The notes under the pieces were generated by a model that did not search any database, was not told the origin of the DNA, and was given only the letters and a program-made list of their open reading frames with translations. From Mobula hypostoma (Eukaryota): 64,000 bases of DNA. This document shows positions 1-15,000 of this stretch, piece after piece (within the stretch, counting starts at the first letter, position 1; the number at the start of each line of letters is the position of its first letter). Location of the stretch: NCBI RefSeq assembly GCF_963921235.1, contig NC_086101.1:5022001-5086000 (forward strand), written 5' to 3'. The position numbers and the translations under genes are program-made.

Positions 1-3000
1 TTGCCCCTCTCACTCTCTCCCCACTATTCCCCAACCTCTCTCTCTCCCCACTATTCACCCACATCCTCTCTCCCCCCACTATTGCCGCTCTCACTCTCTC
101 CCCACTATTCCCCAACCTCTCTCTCTCCCCACTATTCCCAACCCCTCTGTCCCCACTATTCCCAACCCCTCTCTGTCCCCACTATTCCCCACCCCTCTCT
201 CTCCCCCCACTATTCCCCACCCCTCTCTCCCCCACTTTCCCCCACCTCTCTCTCCCCCACTATCCCCCACCTCTCTCTCCCCCACTATCCCCCGCCTCTC
301 TCTCTCCCCACTATCCCCCGCCTCTCTCTCTCCCCACTATCCCTCGCCTCTCTCTCTCCCCCACTATCCCCCACCTCTCTCTCCCCCACTATCCCCCACC
401 TCTCTCTCCCCCCCACTATCCCCCACCTCTCTCTCTCCCCCACTATCCCCCACCTCTCTCTCCCCCACTATCCCCCACCTCTCTCTCCCCCACTATCCCC
501 CACCTCACTCTCCCCCACTATCCCCCACCTCTCTCCCTCCCCCACTATTCCGCACCCCTCTCTCTCCCACTATTCCCCCACCCCTCTCTCTCCCCACTAT
601 TCCCCCACCCCTCTCTCTCCCCACTATTCCCCCACATCCTCTCTCCCCCCACTATTGCCCCTCTCACTCTCTCCCCACTATTCCCCAACCTCTCTCTCTC
701 CCCACTATTCACCCACATCCTCTCTCCCCCCACTATTGCCGCTCTCACTCTCTCCCCACTATTCCCCAACCTCTCTCTCTCCCCACTATTCCCAACCCCT
801 CTGTCCCCACTATTCCCAACCCCTCTCTGTCCCCACTATTCCCCACCCCTCTCTCTCCCCCCACTATTCCCCACCCCTCTCTCCCCCACTTTCCCCCACC
901 TCTCTCTCCCCCACTATCCCCCACCTCTCTCTCCCCCACTATCCCCCGCCTCTCTCTCTCCCCACTATCCCCCGCCTCTCTCTCTCCCCACTATCCCTCG
1001 CCTCTCTCTCTCCTCCACTATCCCCCACCTCTCTCTCCCCCACTATCCCCCACCTCTCTCTCCCCCCCACTATCCCCCACCTCTCTCTCTCCCCCACTAT
1101 CCCCCACCTCTCTCTCCCCCACTATCCCCCACCTCTCTCTCCCCCACTATCCCCCACCTCACTCTCCCCCACTATCCCCCACCTCTCTCTCCCCCACTAT
1201 TCCGCACCCCTCTCTCTCCCACTATTCCCCCACCCCTCTCTCCCCCACTATTCCCCCACCCCTCTCTCTCCCCACTATACCCCCACATCCTCTCTCCCCC
1301 ACTATTGCCCCTCTCACTCTCTCCCCACTATTCCCCAACCTCTCTCTCTCCCCATTATTCCCCACCCCTCTCTCTCCCCACTACCCCCCCCCTCTCTCTC
1401 CCCACTATTCCCCCACCCCTCTCTCTCCCCACTATTCCCCCACCCCTCTCTCTCCCCCCACTATTACCCCACCCCTCTCTCTCCTGCCACTATTCCCCTG
1501 CCCCTCTCTCTCTCACCCCACTATTCCTCTGCCCCCTCTCTCTCCCCCTATTACCCCCACCCCTCTCTCCCCCCACTACCCCCCACCCCTCTCTCCCCCT
1601 ATCCCACACCCCTCTCTCCCCCCACTACCCCCCACCCCTCTCTCCCCCCACTATTCCCCTGTCCCTCTCTCCCCCCACTATTCCCCTGTCCCTCTCACCC
1701 CCAACTATTCCCCTGTATTCCCCCACCCCTCTCTCCCCCCCACTATTCCCCCACCCCTGTCCCTCTCTCCCCCCACTATTCCCCTGTCCCCCTCTCTCCC
1801 CCCACTATTCCCCCACCCCTCTCTCCCCCCACTATTCCCCCACCCCTCTCTCCCCCCACTATTCCCCCACCCCTCTCTCCCCCCACTATTCCCCCACCCC
1901 TCTCTCCCCACTATTCCCCCACCCCTCTCTCTCCCCACTATTCCCCCACCCCTCTCTCTCCCCACTATTCCCCCACCCCTCTCTATCCCCCCACTATTTC
2001 CCCACCCCTCTCTCTCCCCACTATTCCCCCACCCCTCTCTCTCCCCACTATTCCCCCACACCCTCTCTATCCCCCCACTATCCCCCACCCCTCTCTCCCC
2101 CCACTATTCCCCCACCCCTCTCTCTCCCCACTATTCCCCCACACCCTCTCTATCCCCCCACTATTCCCCCACCCCTCTCTCCCCCCACTATTCCCCCACC
2201 CCTCTCTCCCCCACTATTCCCCCTCTCTCTCCCCACTATTCCCCCACCCCTCTCTCTCCCCACTATTCCCCCACACCCTCTCTCTTCCCACTATTCCCCC
2301 ACCCCTCTCTCTCCCCACTATTCCCCCACCCCTCTCTCTCCCCACTATTCCCCCATGCCCCTCTCCCCCCACTATTCCCCCACCCCTCTCTCTCCTCACT
2401 ATTCCCCCGTCCCTCTCTCCTCCCACTATTCCCCCACCACTCTCTCTCCACACTATTCCCCCGTCCCTCTCTCTCCCCACTATTCCCCCACCCCTCTCTC
2501 TCCCCACTATTCCCCCACACCCTCTCTCCCCCACTACCCCTACCCCTCTCTCTCCCCACTATTCCCCCACCCCTCTCTCTCCCCCACTATTCCCCCACCC
2601 CTCTCTCTCCCCACTATTCCCCCACCCCTCTCTCCCCCACTATTCCCCCACCCCTCTCTCCCCCCACTATTCCCCCACCCCTCTCTCCTCACTATTCCCC
2701 ACCCCTCTCTCCCCCCACTATTCCCCCACCCCTCTCCCCACCCCTCTTCCCCCACTATGCCCCACCCCTTTCTCCCCCACCCCTCTCTCCCCACTATTCC
2801 CCACCCTCTCTCCCCAGTATTCCCCCACCCCTCTCTCCCCCCCACTATTCCCCTGTCCCTCTCTCCCCACTATTCCCCCACCCCTCTCTCCCCACTATTC
2901 CCGTCCCCTCTCTCCCCACTATTCCCCCACCCCTCTCTCCCCCACTATTCCCCCCCCCCTCTCTCCCCACTATTCCCCCACCTCTCACTCCCCCACTATT

Positions 3001-6000
3001 CCGCACCCCTCTCTCTCCCACTATTCCCCCACCCCTCTCTCCCCCACTATTCCCCCACCCCTCTCTCTGCCCACTATTCCCCCACCCCTCTCTCCCCCCA
3101 CTATTCCCCCACCCCTCTCTCCCCCACTATTCCCCCACCCCTCTCTCCCCCACTATTCCCCCGTCCCTCTCTCCCCCCACTATTCCCCCACCCTCTCTCT
3201 CCCCGACTATTCCCCCACCCCTCTCTCTCACCCCACTATTCCCCCACCCCTCTCTCTCCCCACTATTCCCCCACACCCTCTCTCTCCCCACTATTCCCCC
3301 ACCCCTCTCTCCCCCCACTATTCCCCCACCCCTCTCTCTGTCAACTATTCCCTCACCCCTCTCTCCTCACTATTCCCCCACCCCTCTCTCTCCCCCACTA
3401 CCCCACCCCTTTCTCCCCACACCCCCTTTCACCCCCACTATGCCCCACCCCCTCTCCCCCAGCCCTCCCTCTCCCCACTATTCCCCTGTCCCTCTCTCCT
3501 CAGTATTCCCCCACCCCTCTCTCCCCACTATTCCCCGTCCCTCTCTCCCCACTATTCCCCCACCCCTCTCTACCCCCACTATTCCCCACCCCCTCTCTCC
3601 CCACTATTTCCCCACCTCTCACTCCCCCACTATTCCGCACCCCTCTCTCTCCCACTATTCCCCCACCCCTCTCTCCCCCACTATTCCCCCACCCCTCTCT
3701 CTCCCCACTATTCCCCCACCCCTCTCTCTCCCCACTATTCCCCCACTATTCCCCTCTCTCCCCACTATTCCCCCACCCCTCTCTCCCCCCGCCCCCCACC
3801 CCTCTCACCCCCACTATTCCCCCGTCCCTCTCTCCCCCCCACTATTCCCCTGTCCCTCTCTCCCCCGACTATTCCCCCACCCCTCTCTCCCCCACTATTC
3901 CCCCGTCCCTCTCTCCCCCCCACTATTCCCCCACCCCTCGCTCCCCACTATTCCCCCACCCCTCTCTCTCCCAACTATTCCCCACCCCTCTCTCTCCCCC
4001 ACTATTCCCCACCCCTCTCTCTCCCCCCACTATTCCCCCACCCCTCTCTCTCCCCCACTATTCCCCCACCCCTCTCTCTCCCCCCACTATTCCCCCACCC
4101 CTCTCTCTCCTGCCACTATTCCCCCGCCCCTCTCTCTCCTCCCACTATTCCCCCACCCCTCTCTCCCCCCACTACCCCCCACCCTCTCACCCCCACTACC
4201 CCCACTCTCTCCCCACTATTCCCCGTCCCTCTCCCCCCAGTATTCCCCTGTCCCTCTCTTCCGCCACTATTCCCCCATCCCTCTCTCCCCCCACTATTCC
4301 CCCACCCCTCTCTCTCCCCACTATTCCCCCACCCCTCTCTCCCCACTATTCCCCACCCCTCTCTCTCCCCCCACTATTCCCCCACCTCTCTCTCCCCCCC
4401 ACTACCCCCCACCCCTCTCTCCCCCCACTACCCCCCACCCCTCTCTCCCCCACTACCCACACCCCTCTCACCCCCCACTATTCCCCCACCCCTCTCTCTC
4501 CCAACTATTCCCCCACATCCTCTCCCCCCACTATTGCCCCTCTTACTCTCTCCGCACTATTCCCCCACCCCTCTCTCCCCCCCACTATTCCCCCACCCCT
4601 CTCTCTCTCCCCCCACTATTCCCCTGGCCCCCTCTCTCTCCCCCCCCTATTCCCCACCCCTCTCTCCCCCCACTATTCCCCCACCTCTCTCTCCCCCCAC
4701 TACCCCCCACCCCTCTCTCCCCCCACTATCCACCACCCCTCTCTCCCCCACTAACCCCACCCCTCTCTCTCCCCACTATTCCCCCACCCCTCTCTCTCCC
4801 CACTATTCCCCCACACCCTCTCTCTTCCAACTATTCCCCCACATTCTCTCCCCCCACTATTGCCCCTCTCACTCTCTCCCCACTATTCCCCAACCTCTTT
4901 CTCTCCCCACTATTCCCCACCCCTCTCTCCCCACTATTCCCCACCCCTCTCTCTCCCCCACTATTCCCCACCCCTCTCTCTCCCCCCCACTATTCCCCCA
5001 CCCCTCTCTCTCCCCCCACTATTCCCCCACCCCTCTCTCTCCTGCCACTATTCCCCCGCCCCTCTCTCTCTCCCCTACTATCCCCCATCCCTCTCTCCCC
5101 CACTACCCCCCACCCCTCTCACCCCCACTATTCCCCCGTCCCTCTCCCCCCGATTATTCCCCTGTCCCTCTCTCCCCCCCACTATTCCCCCACCCCTCTC
5201 TCCCCCCACTATTCCCCCACCCCTCTCTCTCCCCACTATTCCCCCACCCCTCTCTCCCCACTATTCCCCACCCCTCTCTCTCCCCCCACTATTCCCCACC
5301 CCTCTCTCTGCCCGCACTATTCCCCACCCCTGTCTCTCCCCCCACTATTCCCCCACCCCTCTCTCTCCCCCACTATTCCCCCCCTCTCTCTCTCCCCACT
5401 ATTCCCCTGCCCCCCTCTCTCTCCCCCTATTCCCCTGCCCCCCTCTCTCTCCCCCACTATTCCCCACCGTCTCTCCCCCCACTATTCCCCCACTCTCTCT
5501 CCCCCCACTATTCCCCCACCCCTCTCTCCCCCCACTATCCCCCACCCCTCTCTCCCCCACTACCCCCCACCCCTCTCACCCCCACTATTCCCCCGTCCCT
5601 CTCTCCCCCACTATTCCCCCACCCCCCTCTCTCCCCCCACTATTCCCCCACCCCTCTCTCTCCCCACTATTCCCCCACCCCTCTCTCTCCCCACTATTCC
5701 CCCACCCCCCTCTCTCCCCCCACTATTCCCCGACCCCTCTCTCTCCCCACTATTCCCCCACAGCCTCTCTCCCCCCACTAGCCCCCACTATCTCCCACCA
5801 CCTCTCCCCCCACTATCCCCCACCCCTCTCCCCCCACTATCCCCCACCCCTCTCTCTCCCCACTATTCCCCCGTCCCTCTCTCCTCCCACTATTCCCCTG
5901 TCCCTCTCTCCACCCACTATTCCCCCGTCCCTCTCTCCCCCCACTATTCCCCCACCCCTCTCTCCCCCACTACCCCCACCCCTCTCTCCCCCACTACCCC

Positions 6001-9000
6001 CACCCCTCTCTCCCCCACTACCCCCACCCCTCTCTCCCCCCACTATTCCCCACCCCTCTCTCTCCCCCACTATTCCCCACCCCTCTCTCTCCCCCCACTA
6101 TTCCCCACCCCTGTCTCTCCCCCCACTATTCCCCCACCCCTCTCTCTCCTGCCACTATTCCCCCACCCCCTCTCTCTCCCCCACTATTCCCCCGCCCCCT
6201 CTCTCTCTCCCCACTATTCCCCTGCCCCCCTCTCTCTCCACCCACTATTCCCCACCCTCTCCCCCCACTATTCCCCCACCTCTCTCTCTCCCCCACTATC
6301 CCCCACCTCTCTCTCCCCCACTATCCCCCACCTCTCTCTCCCCCACTACCCCCCAGCCCTCTCACCCCCACTATTCCCCTGTCCCTCTTCCCCCCACTAT
6401 TCCCCCACCCCTCTCTCTCCCCACTATTCCCCCACCCCTCTCTCTCTCCCACTATTCCCCCACCCCTCTCTCTCCCCCACTATTCCCCCACCCCTCTCTC
6501 TCCCCACTATTCCCCCACAGCCTCTCTCCCCCCACTATCCCCCACTATCTCCCACCACCTCTCCCCCCACTATCCCCCAACCCTCTCCCCCCACTATCCC
6601 CCACCCCTCTCTCCCCCACTATCCCCCACCCCTCTCTCTCCCCACTATTCCCCCACCCCTCTCACCCCCACTATTCCCCCGTCCCTCTCTCCCCCCAACA
6701 TTCCCCCACATCCTCTCTCCCCCCACTATTGCCCATCTCACTCTCTCCCCACTATTCCCCAACCTCTCTCTCTCCCCACTATTCACCCACATCCTCTCTC
6801 CCCCCACTATTGCCGCTCTCACACTCTCCCCACTATTCCCCAACCTCTCTCTCTCCCCACTATTCCCCAACCTCTCTCTCTCCCCACTATTCCCAACACC
6901 TCTGTCCCCACTATTCCCCACCCCTCTCTCTCCCCCCACTATTCCCCACCCCTCTCTCCCCCACTATCCCCCACCTCTCTCTCCCCCACTATCCCCCACC
7001 TCTCTCTCCCCCACCTCTCTCTCCCCCCGACTATCCCCCACCTCTCTCTCTCCCCCACTATCCCCCATCTCTCTCTCCCCCACTATCCCCCACCTCTCTC
7101 TCCCCCACTATCCCCCACCTCTCTCTCTCCCCCACTATCCCCCACCTCTCTCTCCCCCCACTATCCCCCACCTCTCTCTCTCCCCCACTATCCCCCACCT
7201 CTCTCTCCCCCACTATCCCCCACCTCTCTCTCCCCCACTATCCCCCACCTCTCTCTCCCCCCACTATCCCCCACCTCTCTCTCTCCCCCACTATCCCCCA
7301 CCTCTCTCTCTCCCCCACTATCCCCCACCTCTCTCTCCCCCACTATCCCCCACCTCTCTCCCCCCCCACTATCCCCCACCTCTCTCTCTCCCCCACTATC
7401 CCCCACCTCTCTCTCTCCCCCACTATCCCCCACCTCTCTCTCCCCCACTATCCCCCACCTCTCTCTCCCCCCCACTATCCCCCACCTCTCTCTCTCCCCC
7501 ACTATCCCCCACCTCTCTCTCCCCCCACTATCCCCCACCTCTCTCTCCCCCACTATCCCCCACCTCTCTCTCCCCCCACTACCCCCACCCCTCTCTCCCC
7601 CCACTATTCCCCCACCCCTCTCTCTCCCCCCACTATTCCCCCACCCCTCTCTCTCCCCCCACTATTCCCCCACCCCTCTCTCTCCCCACTATTCCCCCAC
7701 ACCCTCTCTCCCCCACTACCCCCACCCCTCTCTCTCCCCACTATTCCCCCACCCCTCTCTCTCCCCACTATTCCCCCACCCCTCTCTCCCCCCACTATTC
7801 CCCCACCCCTCTCTCTCCCCACTATTCCCCCACACCCTCTCTCCCCCACTACCCCCACCCCTCTCTCTCCCCACTATTCCCCCACCCCTCTCTCTCCCCA
7901 CTATTCCCCCACCCCTCTCTCTCCCCCCACTATTCCCCCACCCCTCTCTCTCCCCACTATTCCCCCACACCCTCTCTACCCCCACTATCCCCCACCACCT
8001 CTCTCCCCCACTATCCCCCACCCCTCTCCCCCACTCCACTATCCCCACCTCTCCCCCCACTATCCCCCACCCCTCTCCCCCCACTATCCCCCACCCCCTA
8101 TCTCCTCCACTATTCCCCACCCTCCTCTCTCCCCCCTACTATCCCCCACCCACTATCTCTCCCCACTATTCCCCCTCCCTCCTCTCTCCCCACTATTCCC
8201 CAACCTCCTCTCTCCCCACTATTCCCCCACGCCCCTCACCCCCCTCTATTCCCCGTCCCTCTCTCTCCTCACTATTCCCCCGTCCCTATCCCCCCAATCT
8301 CCCCCGCCCCTCTCTCTCCCCACTATTCCCCCGTCCCTCTCTCTCCCCACTATTCCCCCACCCCTCTCTCTCTCCCCACTATTCCCCCACCCCTCTCTCT
8401 CCCCACTATTCCCCGTCCCTCTCTCCCCACTATTCCCCGTCCCTCTCTCCCACTATTCCCCCACCCCTCTCTCCCCACTATTCCCCGTCCCTCTCTCCCT
8501 CACTATTCCCCCACCCCTCTCTCCCCCACTATTCCCCCACCCCTCTCTCCCCCCACTATTCCCCCACCCCTCTCTCTCCCCACTATTCCCCCACCCCTCT
8601 CTCTCCCCTATTCCCCCACCCTCTCCTCTCTCACTATTCCCCCACCCCTCTCTCTCCCACTATTCCCCCACCCCTCTCTCTCCCCCCCCCCACTATTCCC
8701 CCACCCCTCTCTCTCTCCCCACTATTCCCCCACCCTCTCCCCCCACTATTCCCCCACCCCTCTCTCTCTCCCACCCCTCTCTCTCTCCCCACTATTCCCC
8801 CACCCCTCTCTCTCCCCCACTATTCCCCCACCCCTCTCTCTCCCCACTATTCCCCCACCCCTCTCTCTCCCCACTATTCCCCCACCCCTCTCTATTCCCC
8901 CAACACCCTCTCTCTCCCCCACTATTCCCCCACCCCCCCTCTCACCCCTCTCTCCCCCCACTATTCCCCCACACTCCTCTCTCTCCCCCACTATTGCCCC

Positions 9001-12000
9001 TCTCACTCTCTCCCCACTATTCACCCACATCCTCTCTCCCCTCACTCTCTCCCCACTATTCCCCAACCTCTCTCTCTCCCCACTATTCCCAACCCCTCTG
9101 TCCCCACTATTCCCAACCCCTCTCTGTCCCCACTATTCCCCACCCCTCTCTCTCCCCCCACTATTCCCCACCCCTCGCTCCCCCACTATCCCCCACCTCT
9201 CTCTCCCCCACTATCCCCCACCTCTCTCTCCCCCCCCACTATCCCCCACTGTCCCCCACCTCTCTCTCCCCCACTATCCCCCACCTCTCTCTCCCCCACT
9301 ATCTCCCACCTCTCTCTCCCCCCCACTATCCCCCACCTCTCTCTCTCCCCCACTATCCCCCACCTCTCTCTCCCCCACTATCCCCCACCTCTCTCTCCCC
9401 CACTATCCCCCACCTCTCTCTCCCCCACTATCCCCCACCTCTCTCTCCCCCCCCACTATCCCCCACTACCCCCATCCTCCCCCACTATCCCCCACCTCTC
9501 TCTCCCCCCCACTATCCCCCACCTCTCTCTCTCCCCCCCACCTCTCTCTCTCCCCCACTATCCCCCACCTCTCTCTCCCCCAATATCCCCAACCTCTCTC
9601 CCCCCACTATCCCCCACCTCTCTCTCTCCCCCACTATCCCCCACCTCTCTCTCCCCCACTATCCCCCACCTCTCTCTCCCCCACTATCCCCCACCTCTCT
9701 CTCCCCCCACTACCCCCACCCCTCTCTCTCCCCCCACTATTCCCCCACCCCTCTCTCTCCCCACTATTCCCCCACCTCCCTCTCTCCCCCACTATTCCCC
9801 CACCCCTCTCTCTCCCCACTATTCCCCCACCCCTCTCTCCCCCACTATTCCCCTACCCCTCTCTCTCCCCCCACTATTCCCCCACCCCTCTCTCTCCCCA
9901 CTATTCCCCCACCCCTCTCTCTCCCCCCACTATCCCCCACCACCTCTCTCCCCCACTATCCCCCACCCCTCTCTCTAACCCCACTATCCCCCACCTCTCT
10001 CTCCCCCACTATCCCCCACCCCTCTCCCCCCACTACCTCTCCCCCCACTATCCCCCACCCCTCTCCCACCCCCCACTATCTCCCCACCCTCCTCTCTCCC
10101 CCCACTATCCCCCACCCCCTATCTTCCACTATTCCCCACCCTCCTCTCTCCCCACTATTCCCCAACCTCCTCTCTCCCCACTATTCCCCCACGCCCCTCT
10201 CCCCCCTATTCCCCCGTCCCTATCCCCCCAATATTCCCCGCCCCTCTCTCTCCCCACTATTCCCCCGTCCCTCTCTCTCCTCACTATTCCCCCACCCCTC
10301 TCTCTCCCCACTATTCCCCGTCCCTCTCTCCCCACTATTCCCCGTCCCTCTCTACCCCCACTATTCCTCCACCCCTCTCTCCCCCCACTATTCCCACGTC
10401 CCTCTCTCCCCACTATTCCCCCACCCCTCTCTCTCCCCCCACTATTCCCCCACCCCTCTCTCCCCCCACTATGCCCCCACCCCTCTCTCCCACTATCCCC
10501 CACCTCTCTCTCCCCCACTATCCCCCACCTCTCTCTCCCCCCCACTATCCCCCACCTCTCTCTCTCCCCCACTATCCCCCACCTCTCTCTCCCCCACTAT
10601 CCCCCACCCCTCTCTCCCCCACTATCCCCCACCTCTCTCTCCCCCCACTACCCCCACCCCTCTCTCCCCCCAGTATCCCCCACCCCTCTCTCCCACACTA
10701 CCCCCCACTCCTCTCTCTCCCCCCACTATTCCCCCACCCCTCTCTCTCCCCCCCACTATTCCCCCACCCCTCTCTCCCCCACTATTCCCCCACACCCTCT
10801 CTCCCCCACTACCCCTACCCCTCTCTCTCCCCACTATTCCCCCACCCCTCTCTCTCCCCACTATTCCCCCACCCCTCTCTCTCCCCCCACTATTCCCCCA
10901 CCCCTCTCTCTCCCCACTATTCCCCCACACCCTCTCTACCCCCACTATCCCCCACCACCTCTCTCCCCCACTATCCCCCACCCCTCTCCCCCCACCACCT
11001 CTCCCCCCACTATCCCCCACCCCTCTCCCCCCCACTATCCCCCACTCCCTATCTTCCACTACTCCCCACCCTCCTCTCTCCCCCCACTATCCCCCACCCC
11101 CTATCTTCCACTATTCCCCACCCTCCTCTCTCCCCACTATTCCCCAACCTCCTCTCTCCCCACTATTCCCCCACGCCCCTCTCCCCCCTCTATTCCCCCG
11201 TCCCTCTCCCCCCAATATTCCCCCGCCCCTCTCCCCCCAATCCCCCACTATTCCCCCGTCCCTCTCTCTCCTCACTATTCCCCCACCCCTCTCTCTCCCC
11301 ACTATTCCCCGTCCCTCTCTCCCCACTATTCCCCGTCCCTCTCTCCCCCCACTATTCCCTCCACCCCTCTCTCCCCCCATTCCCCCACCTCTCTCCCCCC
11401 ACTATTCCTCTCTCCCCCCACTATTCCCCCACCCCTCTCTCCCCACTATTCCCCCACCCCTCTCTCCCCCCACTATTCCCCCACCCCTCTCCCCCCCCCT
11501 CTCCCCCACTATTCCCCCACCCCTCTCTCCCCCACTATTCCCCCACCCCTCTCTCTCCCCACTATTCCCCCACCCCTCTCTCTCCCCACTATTCCCCCAC
11601 CCCTCTCTCTCCCCACTATTCCCCCACCCCTCTCTCTCCCCCCACTATTCCCCCACCCCTCTCTCTCCCCACTATTCCCCCACACCCTCTCTCCCCCACT
11701 ACCCCCACCCCTCTCTCTCCCCACTATTCCCCCACCCCTCTCTCTCCCCACTATTCCCCCGCCCCTCTCTCTCCCACTATTCCCCCACCCCTCTCTCCCC
11801 CACTATTCCCCCACCCCTCTCTCTCCCCACTATTCCCCCCACCCCTCTCTCCCCCACCATCCCCCCTACCCCTCTCTCCCCACCCCTCTCTCTCTCCCAC
11901 TATTCCCCCACCCCTCTCTCCCCCCACCATTCCCCCACCCTCTCTCCCCCCCACTATTCCCCCACCCCCCCCCCCCCCCCCACTATTCCCCCACCCCTCT

Positions 12001-15000
12001 CTCCCCCCACTATTCCCCCACCCCTCTCTCCCCCCATTTCCCCCACCCCCTCCCCCACTATTCCCCCACCCCTCTCTCTCCCCCACTATTTCCCCGTCCT
12101 CTCTCCCACTATTCCCCCACCCCCACTATTCCCCCACCCCTCTCTCTCCCCCCACTATTTCCCCACCCCTCTCTCCCCACTATTCCCCCACCCCTCTCTC
12201 TCCCACTATTCCCCCACCCCTCTCTCCCCCACTATTCCCCCACCCCTCTCTCTCCCCACTATTCCCCCACATCCTCTCTCCCCCTACTATTGCCCCTCTC
12301 ACTCTCTCCCCACTATTCCCCATCCTCTCTCCCCCACTATTCCCGCTCTCACTCTCTCCCCACTATTCCCCTCCCCAACCCAACCCCTCTGTCCCCACTA
12401 TTCCCAACCCCTCTCTGTCCCCACTATTCCCCACCCCTCTCTCTCCCCCCACTATTCCCCACCCCTCTCTCCCCCACTATCCCCCACCTCTCTCTCCCCT
12501 ACTATCCCCCACCTCTCTCTCCCCCCCCACTATCCCCCACTATCCCCCACCTCTCTCTCCCCCACTATCCCCCACCTCTCTCTCCCCCCCACTATCTCCC
12601 ACCTCTCTCTCCCCCCCCCCACTATCCCCCACCTCTCTCTCCCCCACTATCCCCCACCTCACTCTCCCCCCCCCCCCCCACCTCTCTCTCCCCCCCACTC
12701 CCCCACCCCTCTCTCTCCCCCCCACTATCCCCCACCCCTCTCTCCCCCCACTATCCCCCACCTCTCTCTCCCCCCCACTATCCCCCACCTCTCTCTCCCC
12801 CCCACTATCCCCCACCTCTCTCTCCCCCACTATCCCCCACTATCCTCTCTCTCCCCCACCCCCCACTCTCCCCCCACACTATCCCCCACCTCTCTCTCTC
12901 CCCCCACTATCCCCCACCTCTCTCTCCCCCACTATCCCCCACCTCTCTCTCCCCCCTATCCCCCACTATCCCCCACCTCTCTCTCCCCCACTATCCCCCA
13001 CCTCTCTCTCCCCCCACTATCCCCCACCTCTCTCTCCACCCCCACTCCCCCACTCCCCCACCTCTCTCTCCCCCCACTATCCCCCACCTCTCTCTCCCCC
13101 ACTATCCCCCACCTCTCTCTCCCCCCACTATCCCCCACCTCTCTCTCCCCCCACTATCCCCCACCTCTCTCTCCCCCACTATCCCCCACCTCTCTCTCCC
13201 CCACTATCCCCCACCTCTCTCTCCCCCCCCCACTATCCCCCACCTCTCTCTCTCCCCCACTATCCCCCACCTCTCTCTCCCCCACTATCCCCCACCTCTC
13301 TCTCCCCCACTATCCCCCACCTCTCTCTCCCCCCCACTATCCCCCACCTCTCTCTCCCACTCCCCCACCTCTCTCCCCCACTATCCCCCACCTCTCTCTC
13401 CCCCACTATCCCCCACCTCTCTTCCCACCATCCCCCACTCCTCTCTCTCCCCCCCACTATCCCCCACCTCTCTCTCTCCCCCACTATTCCCCCACCTCTC
13501 TCTCCCCCACTATCCCCCACCTCTCTCTCCCCCACTATCCCCCACCTCTCTCTCCCCCCCACTATCCCCCACCTCCTCTCTCTCCCCCACTATCCCCCAC
13601 CTCTCTTTCCCACCATCCCCCGCCTCTCTCTCTCCCCCACTATCCCCCACCTCACTCTCCCCCACTATCCCCCACCTCTCTCTCCCCCCCCACTATCCCC
13701 CACCTCTCTCTCCCACTATTCCCCCACCTCTCTCCCCCCACTATTCCCCCACCTCCTCTCCCCCACTATTCCCCCACCTCTCTCTCCCCCCACTATTCCC
13801 CACCCCTCTCTCCCCCCACTATCCCCCACCCCTCAGATCCTACTCCCAACTCCCCCCTCCCCCCCACTATCCCCCACCCCCTATCTTCCACTATTCCCCC
13901 ACCCTCCTCTCTCCCCACTATTCCCCAACCTCCTCTCTCCCCACTATTCCCCCACGCCCCTCTCCCCCCACTATTCCTCCGTCCCTCTCTCTCCTAACTA
14001 TTCCCCCGTCCCTATCCCCCCAATATTCCCCCGCCCCTCTCTCTCCCCACTATTCCCCCGTCCCTCTCTCCCCACTATTCCCCCACCCCTCTCTCTCTCC
14101 CCACTATTCCCCCACCCCTCTCTCTCCCCACTATTCCCCGTCCCTCTCTCTCTCCCCACTATTCCCCCACCCCTCTCTCTCCCCACTATTCCCCCACCCC
14201 TCTCTCTCCCCACTATTCCCCGTCCCTCTCTCCCCACTATTCCCCGTCCCTCTCTCCCCCCACTATTCCTCCACCCCTCTCTCCCCCCACTATTCCCACG
14301 TCCCTCTCTCCCCACTATTCCCCCACCCCTCTTTCTCCCCCCACTATTCCCCCACCCCTCTCTCCCCCCACTATTCCCCCACCCCTCTCTCCCCACTATT
14401 CCCCCGTCTCTCTCCCCCCACTACCCCCACCCCTCTCTCCCCCCACTATCCCCCACCCCTCTCTCCCCCACTACCCCCAGCCCTCTCACCCCCACTATTC
14501 CCCTGTCCCTCTCTCCCCCCACTATTCCCCCACCCCTCTCTCTCCCCACTATTCCCCCACCCCTCTCTCTCTCCCACTATTCCCCCCACCCCTCTCTCTC
14601 CCCCCACTATTCCCCCACCCCTCTCTCTCCCCACTATTCCCCCACAGCCTCTCTCCCCCCACTATCCCCCACTATCTCCCACCACCTCTCCCCCCCCACT
14701 ATCCCCCAACCCTCTCCCCCCACTATCCCCCACCCCTCTCTCTCCCCACTATTCCCCCGTCCCTCTCTCCTCCCACTATTCCCCCGTCCCTCTCCCCCCC
14801 ACTATTCCCCCGTCCCTCTCTCCCCCCAACATTCCCCCACATCCTCTCTCCCCCACTATTGCCCCTCTCACTCTCTCCCCACTATTCCCCAACCTCTCTC
14901 TCTCCCCACTATTCACCCACATCCTCTCTCCCCCCACTATTGCCGCTCTCACACTCTCCCCCACTATTCCCCAACCTCTCTCTCTCCCCACTATTCCCCA